From the human T2T-CHM13v2.0 reference genome, Homo sapiens, in NCBI RefSeq assembly GCF_009914755.1, contig NC_060944.1: a stretch of 64,000 nt of DNA; one strand, written 5' to 3'. A program made the position numbers and the translations under genes. Numbering within the stretch: the stretch's first letter is position 1; each line of letters begins with the position of its first letter. The notes under the pieces were generated by a model. That model saw only the letters and a list, made by a program, of their open reading frames with translations. It was not told where the DNA came from and made no database searches. This document shows, one piece after another, positions 55,401 to 64,000 of this stretch.

Positions 55401-58400
55401 AATGGAATGCAACTGAATGGAATGGAATGCAATGGAATGGAAATTAATTGAGAGAAATGGAGGGCAAAGAAGTAATTGAATGGAGTGGACTGGGATGGAA
55501 TCCAGTGGAGTACAGTGGAGTGGAATGGAATGGAATGGAATGGAATGGAATGGAATGGACTTGAATAGAATAGGATTTAATGTAAAGGAATGGAATTGAT
55601 TGCAAAGAAATTGAATGCAATACAGTCCAATGGAATAGAATTGAATGAAATCGAATGTAATAAAAGGGAACTTAATCGAATGGAATGGACTCCAATAGAA
55701 TAGATTGGAATGGAAGGGAAGTGAATGGAATGTACTCGAATGGAATGGCCTGGAATGGAATGTACTCGAATGGAATTGACTCGAATGGAATGAATACGAC
55801 TGGAATGGAATCGAATGGAATGGACTGGAATGGAATGGACTCAGATGGAATGTACTGGAATGTAATGTAGTCTAACGGTATGGACTCGAATAGAATGGAA
55901 ACGAAAGGAATGTAATCGAATGGAAACGAATTGAATAGAATCAACTGGAATGGAATGGTCTAGAATATAACAGAATAGAATCACATGAATTCGAATGGAA
56001 TTTAATCGAATGGAAAGGAATGGAATGGAATGGGGTCGGATGGAAATAAAATGAATGGAATGGAATCGAACGGAATGGAAAGGATTAGAATGGAATGGAA
56101 TCTAATGAATTGGAAAGGATTAGTATGTAATGGACTGGAATGTAATGTACCCGAATGTAAGGAACTCTAATGGAATGGAATCGAATGGAATGGAATCGAA
56201 AGGAATGGAACCAAATGGAATGGAATCAAAGCGAATGGCATGCAGTGGAATTCGTTGGAATGGAATAGACTCAAATGGAATGGACACGACTGGAATGGAA
56301 TCAAATGAAATGGAATCGAATGGAATGAAATCCAAAGGAATGGAATCAAAAGGAAGAGAATCAAATGGAACCGAATCGAATGGAATGGACGGGAATGGAA
56401 TAGACTGGAATGGAAAGGCTGGAATGGAAAAGACTCAAATGGAATGGAATGGAAGGGAATGGAAAGGAATGAAAATGCGTGGAATCGAATGGAATGGAAA
56501 TGAAGGGAATGGAATGGAAGGTAATGGAATAAATGGACTCCAATGGAATGCATTTGAATTGAATATACTCAAATGGAATAGATTCAAACGGAATGCATTG
56601 CAACGAAATACATTCGAATGGAATGGAGTGGAATGGAATGGTCTCGAACGGAATGGAATCGAATGGAATGGAGTCGAATATAAAGGAAAGGAATGGAATA
56701 CAATTTAATCGAATGCAATCGAATTGAATGGAAAGGACTCGAATGGAGTGGACTCAAATAGAATGGAATGGAATTGAATGGAATGGACTCTAATGGAATG
56801 GACTGGAATGGAATGGACTCGAAAGGAATTGAATCGAATGGAATGGAATCAAATGGAATGGGATCGAATTGAATGGAATGGAATACAAGGGGATGTAATC
56901 GAATGGAATGGTAAGGATGGGAATAGAATGAAATGGAATGGAATTGAATCAAATTTAATTCAATGAAATGGAATGGAATGGACTTCAATGGTATAGAATG
57001 GAATGGAATGGAATGGAAAGGAATGGAATGGAATGGAAAGGAATGGAATGAAATGGAATGGAATGGACTTCAATGGAATAGAAGGGAATGGAATGGAATG
57101 GACTCGAAGGGAATGGAAAGCAATGGACTCGAAAGGAATGGAATGAACTCTAATGGAAGGGAATGGAATGTAATAGAATGGAATCTAATGGAATGGAATC
57201 CGATGGAATGGATTGGAATGCACTCGAACGGAACGGAATGGAATGGATTCGAATGGAATTGAATGCAATGGAATGGACTCGAATGGAAAGAATGGAATTG
57301 ATTCGAATGGAAGTCAAGGGAATGGACTCGAATGGAGAAGAATGGAATGGACTCGAATGGAATGGTGTTGATTGGAATGGATTGGAATGGAATGGAGTGG
57401 AATGGCCTCGAATGAAATTAAGTGTACTCGATTGGAATGGAATGGAATGGAATGAAATGGACTCGGATGGAATGGAATGGTCTCGGACCAAATGGAATGG
57501 AATATTCTCAGACGGAATGAAATGGAATGGAACGGACTCGAATGAAATACAATGGAATTTGATGGAATGGACACCAATGGAATGGAATGCTGTTTACTCG
57601 AATGGAATAAAATGGAATGGACTTGAATGGAATGGAATACAATGCAATAGACTCGAATGGAATGGAAGGGAATGGACACAAATGGAACTGAAAGGAATTG
57701 AATGGATTAGAAAGGATTGGAATGAAATGCAATGCAATGGACTCAAATGTAATGGAATGGAACTGAATCAAAAGGAGTTCAATGGATTGGATCTGAATGA
57801 AATGGCATGGAATGGTATGGAATCGAATGGAATGGAATGGAATGGACTTGAGTGGAATGCAATGGAATGGAATGGAATAGATTCGAATCGAATGGAATCG
57901 ACTCGAGTGGAATGCAACTGAATTGAATGGACTCGAAAGCAATAGAAAGGAATAGAATCGAAGGGAATGAACTCGTAAGGAATGGAATGGACTCAAATGG
58001 AAAGGATTTGAATGGAATGGAATTGACTCGACTGGAATGGAATGGAAAGGAATGGACTCGAATGGAATTGAATGGAAAGTAATGGACTCAAACAGAATGG
58101 AATGGAAAGGAATGGACATGAATGGAATGCAATGGACCCGAATTGAATGGAATGGAATCGAATGGAATGGAATGGACCCTACTGGAATGGAGAGGAATGG
58201 AAAGCACTGGAAAGGAATGGAATTGAATGAAATGCAATGGAATGTAATGGAATGGGCATGAATGGAATAGAATATAATGGAATAGATTGGACTTGAATGG
58301 AATGGAATGGAAAGGAATGGAATGGAATCAAATGTAATGGACTCGAGTGGAATAAAATGGAAAGGAATGGACTCGAATGGAATGGAATGGAAAGGAAAGG

Positions 58401-61400
58401 ACTTGAATGGAATGGATTGGACCCGAACGGAATGGAATGGATTGGAATGGAGTGCAATTGAATGTTATTGACTGGAATGGAATGGAATAGAATGGAATGT
58501 AATAGAAAGGAATGGAATGGAATAGAATGGAATGGAATGAAATGGAATGGAATTGAGTGGAATGGAAGGGAATGTAGTGGAACGGAGATGAGTGGAATTG
58601 AATGAAGTGTATTTGAATGGAATTGAATGGAACGGACTTGAATTGAATGGAAAGGAATGGACTCGAATGGAATGGAAAGGACTGGAATGGAATGGAATGG
58701 AATTTAATGGAATGGACTCTTTGGAATAGAATCCAATGGAATGGAATGGAATCGAATTGAATGGAATGGAATGAAATAGAGTCACATGGAATGGAATGCA
58801 ATGGAATGGACTTAAATGGAATGGAATGGAATTGAGTCAAAAGGAATTGACTGAAATGGACTCTAGTAGAACAGAATGGGATGGACACAAAGGGAATGAT
58901 GTGGAATTGAACAGACTCGAATGAAATGGAGTGGAACAGACACGAATGGAATGGAATTGAATGGAGTCAATTTGAATGGAATGTAATGGATTGAAACGGA
59001 CTCGAAAGGAATGGAAAGGACTCAAATGGAATGGAATGGAATAGAATGGAATTGAAGCGAATGGAATGTCATTGACTGGAATGGAATGGAATGTACTCGA
59101 AAGGCATGGAATGGAATGGAATGGACTCCAATGGAAACGAATGGAAAGGAATGGACATGAAAAGAATGGAATGGATTCGAATGGAATGGAATGGACTGTA
59201 CTGGAATGGAATGGAATGGAATGGAATGCACTGGATTGGAATGGAATGGAATGAAATGAAATGGAACGGAATGGAATCGAATGAGCTTGAATGGAATAGA
59301 AATTAATGGAATGGATTGGACTCGAATGGAATGGAATGGAATGGAATGGAATCAAATGGAATGGAATGGAGTGGAATGGAGCCACATGGAATCGAATGGA
59401 ATGGAATGGATTCGAACAGAATGGAAAGGAAAAGACTCGAATGTAATGGGTTGGAATGGAATGGACTCTGATGGAATTGAATGGAATGGAATGGACTCAA
59501 ATGGAATAGAATGGAATAGAACTGACTCAATTCGAATAGAACGGAATGGAATGGACTGGAATGGAATGGAATGGAACGGACTTGTATGGAATGAAATGGA
59601 AAGGAATGGAGACTAACAGAACACAATTAAATGGAATGGAATGTACTAGAATGGAATGGAATGCAATGGACACGAATGGAATAGTATGAAATGGAATCAG
59701 ATGGAATGGAATGGATTGGAATGGAATTGACTCGAATGGAATGGACAGGAATGCAGAGGAATGGACTCAAATGGAATGGAATGGAATGGAGTGGAGTGGA
59801 TCTGAATGGAATGGAATGGAATGGATTGGAATCAAATGGAATGGAAGGGATTCGAAAGGAATGTAATGGAATGGCCGCGAATGAAATGGGTTGGAATGGA
59901 ATGGATTCTAATGGAATTGAATGGTATGCAACGGACTCAAATGGAATAGAATGAAATGGAATCGAATCAATTGGAATAGAATGGAATGGAATGAACCGCA
60001 AAGGAATGGAATGTAATGGAATCGACTGGAATGGAATGCACTAGTCTGGAATGTAATGGAATTTAATGGACACGAACAGAATAGAACGGAATGGAATGGA
60101 ATGTACTAGAATGTAACTGAATGTAATGGATTCTAATGGAATGGAATGGAATGGACTCGAATGGAATGGGTTGGAATGGAAAAGACTCAAAACTAATGGA
60201 ATGAAAAGGAATGGAATCATATGGAATCATATGGAATACAATGGACCACAGTGGAATGGAATAGAATGGATTGGAATGGAATGGAATGTCATGGAATGGA
60301 ATGGAATGGAACAGAATGCCATGGAATGGAATAGAATGGAATGCAATGGAATGGAATGGAATGGAATGTTTTGGAATGGAGATGAGTGGAATGGATTGGA
60401 GTGGATTTGAATAGAAAAGAATGGAGTGGAATGCACTTGAAGGGAATGGAAAGGAATGAACTAGATTGAAATGGAATGGACTCGAACTGAATGGAATGGA
60501 ATTTAATGGAATGCACTCTAATGGAATGGAATCTAATGGAATGGAATGGAATGGAAAGGAATAGAATGGAATGGAATAGAATGGAATAGACTCGCATGTA
60601 ATGGAATGCAATGGAATGGAATGGACTCAAATGGAATGGAACAGAACTGACTCGAATGGAACTGACTGGAATGGACTCGAATGGAACAGAATGGGATGGA
60701 CTTGAAGGGAATGGTGTGGAATGGAATGGACTCGAATGGAATGGAGTGGAATGGACTCGAATGGATTATAATTGAATGGATTCGACTTGAATGGAAGGTA
60801 ATGGAATGAAATCGCCTCGAACGGAATCTAATAGAATGGAATGGAATGGTCTCAGACAGACTGGAATGGAATGCAGTGGAATGGACTCAAATTGAATGGA
60901 ATGGAAAGGACCTGAATGGAATGGAATGGAATGGAATGTACTCGGATGGAATTGAATGGAATGGACAAGAATGGAATAGAATGGGATGGACTCAAATGGA
61001 ATTGTGTGGAATGCAATGGACTCCAACGGATTGGAGTGGAATGGAATCGAAAGAATGGAGTAGAATTGACTCGATGTGAGTGGGAAGAAATGGAATGAAA
61101 TTGACTCGAATGGGATGGAATAGTCTCGGACGGAATGGAATGGAATGGAAAGGAATGGAATGGAATGGAATGCAATGGAATGGAATAGACTGTAATGGAC
61201 TCAAATGGAAAGGAATGGAATGGAACGGACTCGAAAGAAATACAACGAAATTTAATGGAATGGACTCTAATGGAATGGAACGGTGTGGACAAAAATGGAC
61301 TAAAATGCACTGGACTCGAATGGAATGGAGTGCAATGGAATGGACTCGAACAAAATAGAATGGAATGGATTCGAATGGAATGAAATGGAATTGAATGGAC

Positions 61401-63565
61401 TAGAAAGGATTGGAATGCAATGCAATGGAAAGGACTCGAATGGAATGGAATGCAATTGACTCCAATGGAATTGAATGGATTGGACCTGAATGGAATTGAA
61501 TGGAATTGAATGGAATGGAATGGAATAGAATGGGAAGGAATGGAATGCAATGAAATGGAATGGAAAGGAATGGAATGGGTATGAAAGGAATAAAATGGAA
61601 TGGAATCAAATGGAATGGATTGGAATTGAATGGACTCGAATGGAAATTAATGGAATGTAATCAAACGGTATGGAATGCAATGGAATGGACTCGAATAAAA
61701 TGGAATCGAATGGACTCGAATGTAATGGAATGGAAAGGATTGAAATGTTATAGAATGGAATGGACTTGAATGGAATGGAGTGGAACGGAATGGACTCGAA
61801 TGGAATGGAGTACATTGCAAACGATTTGATTGCAATGGAAATGAATGAACTCGAAAAGAAAGGAATGTAACAGAATGGAATGTACTCGAATTGAATGGAA
61901 GGTAATATAATGAAATTTACTCGAATGGAATTGAATGGAGTGGAATGGAATCGAACAGAATGCAATGGAACGGAATGGAAAGGAATTGACTGGAATGGAA
62001 TTTAATGAAAAGGAAAGGAATGGACTTCAATGGACTATAACGGAATGGAATGGAAAGCAATCAAAGAAAATGGAATAGAATGTACTCGAATGGAATGGAA
62101 TGGAATGGAATGGACTCGAAGGAAAGGGAATGAAATTTAACAGAATGGACTTTAATGAAATGGAATCGATGGGAATGGAATGGAATTGACTCGAAAGTAA
62201 TGGAATGCAATGGAATGGACTCAAATGGAATGGAAAGGGATTGACTCAAACGGAATTGAGTGAAATGGACTTGAATGGAATGGAATGGAATTGACTCGAA
62301 TGGAATGGTGTGGAATAGAAGGGACTGGCATGGAATGGAGAAGAATGGAGTGCACTTGGAACAAATAATATGGAATGGAAATGAATGGACTCGAATAGAA
62401 TGGAATAGAATGGAATGCAATGGAATATACTCAAAAGGAACGTAAGGTAATGGAATGAAATTTACTCAAATGAAATGGAATGTAAAGGAATGGACTCTAA
62501 TGGAATGCAATGGAATAGAATGGAATGGAGTCCACTCGAGTGGAATGCAACTGAATTGAATGGGCTCGAAAGGAATGGAAAGGAATGGAATGGAATGGAA
62601 TGGAATGGAATGGAATGGAATGGAATGGAATCGAAAGGAATGGAAAGGATTCTAATGGAATGGAATGGAAATGACTCGAGTGGAATTTAAGGGAATGGAT
62701 TGGACTCGAATGGAATGGAATGAGATGGACAGGACAGGAAAGTAATGGAATGGAATGGACTCTAATGGAATGGAATGGAAAGGAATGGAATGGACTCGAA
62801 TTGAATGGATTGGAAAGGAATGGAATGCACTCAAACGGAATGGAATGGAATTGAATGGAATTGAAAGGAATGGAATGGACAGGAATGCAATGGAATGGAA
62901 TGGAATGGAATGGAATGGAATGGAATGGAATGGAATGGACTCGAATGGAATGGAAAGGAATGGGCTCGAATGGAAAGTAAAGAACTCGAATGGAATGGTA
63001 TGGAATTGACGCGAGTGGAATGTAATTGAATGGAATGGAATTGACTGTAATACAAAGGAATGCAAAGAACACGAATGAAATAGAATGCAATGGAATGGAT
63101 TTGAATGGAGTGGAAAGGAATGGACTCGAATGGAATGGAATGGAATGGATTGGAATGAAATGGACTGGAATGGAATGGAATGGAATGAATGGAATGGAAA
63201 TGACTCGAAAAAACGGAATGAAATGGACACAAACGGAATGGAATGGACTTGAATGAAATTGAATGGAATGGTCTCATAAGTAATGGAGTGCAATAGGCTC
63301 GAGTGGAATGGAATGGAATGCAATGGACTCGAATGGAATGAAAAGGAATAGAAATGACTCGAATTGAATGGAATGGAATGGAATCCAATGCAATAGAATT
63401 GATTGGAATTCACATGAACGGAATAGAATACAATGGAGTCAAATGTAAAGGAATGGACATGAATGGAATGGAACGGACTCAAATGGAATATAGTGGAATG
63501 GAATCGAATGGAATGGAATGCAATTGAATGGATTCGAATGGAAAGGAATAGATTGGATTCGTGTG

Positions 63566-63658
63566 GAATGGAATGGAACGGAATGGAAAGGAATGTATGC
63601 GAATGGAATGGAACGGAATGGAAAGGAATGTATGCGAATGGAATGGAACGGAATGGAA
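63566..63658 (+). repeat. 35 bp tandem duplication (~2.6 copies)
   Basis: GAATGGAATGGAACGGAATGGAAAGGAATGTATGC at 63,566 and 63,601, followed by a partial third copy. Confidence 0.9.
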
Positions 63659-64000
63659 TGCATTGCATCCGAAAAGAATGGAATGGAATGCAATGGAATG
63701 GAATCGAATGGAAAAGAATGGAAAGGACTGGAACGGAATGGAATGGAATGGATTGGAATGGAATGGAATGGTATGGAATATAATGGACTTCAGTGGAATA
63801 GAATGTAATGGAAAGGAATGGATTTAAAAGGAAGGGAATGGACTCTAACTGAATGGAATTGACAAGAATGGAATGCAATAGAATGGAATGGAATACAACG
63901 GAATTTAATGTAATGGACCGTAATGGAATGGAGTGGAATGGAATGGACTCGAATGGAATGGAATGGAATTGACTTGAACGGAATTGAAAGCAATGGACCC

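Larger units (their letters stand above)
1..64000 (+). repeat. Classical Satellite 3 (HSat3), (GGAAT)n pentamer array, single orientation
   Basis: Continuous GGAAT pentamers with single-base variants (GCAAT, GAAAT, GGAAA, TGAAT, AGAAT, GTAAT) from first to last base. No + strand CATTC tracts. Matches the established (CATTC)n definition of HSat3. Chromosome and species cannot be determined by eye. Confidence 0.98.
31046..64000 (+). repeat. HSat3 domain 2: GGACTCGAAT-punctuated, more diverged variant (probably an HSat3A-type subfamily), interrupted at ~48,995-51,500
   Basis: GGAATGGACTCGAATGG and variants (GACTTGAAT, GACTCAAAT, GACTCTAAT, GACACGAAT, GACCCGAAT) recur every ~30-60 bp. CAACCCGAGT is essentially absent and pure GGAAT runs are shorter. 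The subfamily label is inferred from resemblance to DYZ1-like CATTCGAGTC motifs. Confidence 0.83.

Noticed and set aside
54430-57000. HSat2 (HSATII) call
   Set aside because: GAATCGAAT is present but the ATCATC-containing 23-26 bp HSat2 unit is absent and the pentamer phase persists.
1-64000. Hundreds of ORFs encoding MEWNG (+) or IPFHS (-) repeats, up to 470 aa (35,968-37,380)
   Set aside because: A GGAAT pentamer has no stop codon in any frame and yields the same 5-aa repeat in all three frames. ORFs overlap in all six frames and end at random variant pentamers, with no domain or gene structure. Poly-WNGME from repeat translation is known for the SCA31 (TGGAA)n expansion, but nothing here indicates translation.
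1-64000. Strand inversion or large palindrome
   Set aside because: No (CATTC)n tract on the + strand. Only short palindromes such as CTCGAG, TTCGAA and GAATTC occur.
1-64000. Alpha satellite, CENP-B boxes, telomeric repeat or pathogenic (TGGAA)n expansion
   Set aside because: No 171 bp monomers or TTAGGG tracts were seen. The array is diverged and punctuated, unlike a pure disease expansion with unique flanks.
1-64000. Assignment to a specific chromosome, species or numbered HSat3 subfamily
   Set aside because: This requires k-mer classification or alignment to T2T assemblies and cannot be supported by eye.
31046-64000. Canonical heat-shock elements
   Set aside because: nGAAn units are in direct orientation. 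I did not see clear alternating nGAAnnTTCnnGAAn arrays, so no discrete regulatory site is called.

Overview
The whole 64 kb window is (GGAAT)n/(CATTC)n pentamer satellite, i.e. human or great-ape classical Satellite 3 (HSat3). The purine-rich strand is on + throughout, with no inversion. I see no genes, RNA genes, transposons or CRISPR arrays, and every listed ORF is an artefact of the stop-free pentamer (poly-MEWNG on +, poly-IPFHS on -). The information is in the architecture. (1) 1-~31,045 is punctuated by the decamer CAACCCGAGT. It begins with the end of a very homogeneous ~9.78 kb higher-order repeat (last copy ends ~16,990), followed by older nested duplications. (2) At ~31,045 there is an abrupt switch to a more diverged variant punctuated by GGACTCGAAT, which runs to the window end. 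(3) A ~2.5 kb island of left-type sequence sits inside the right domain (~48,995-51,500). Relics of a ~1.8 kb period occur in both domains, along with local tandem duplications of 33 bp to 4 kb and a clear CpG-decay signature. I cannot support a novel coding system here. Coordinates and offsets were read by eye from landmark motifs and the ORF track, so boundaries are approximate.
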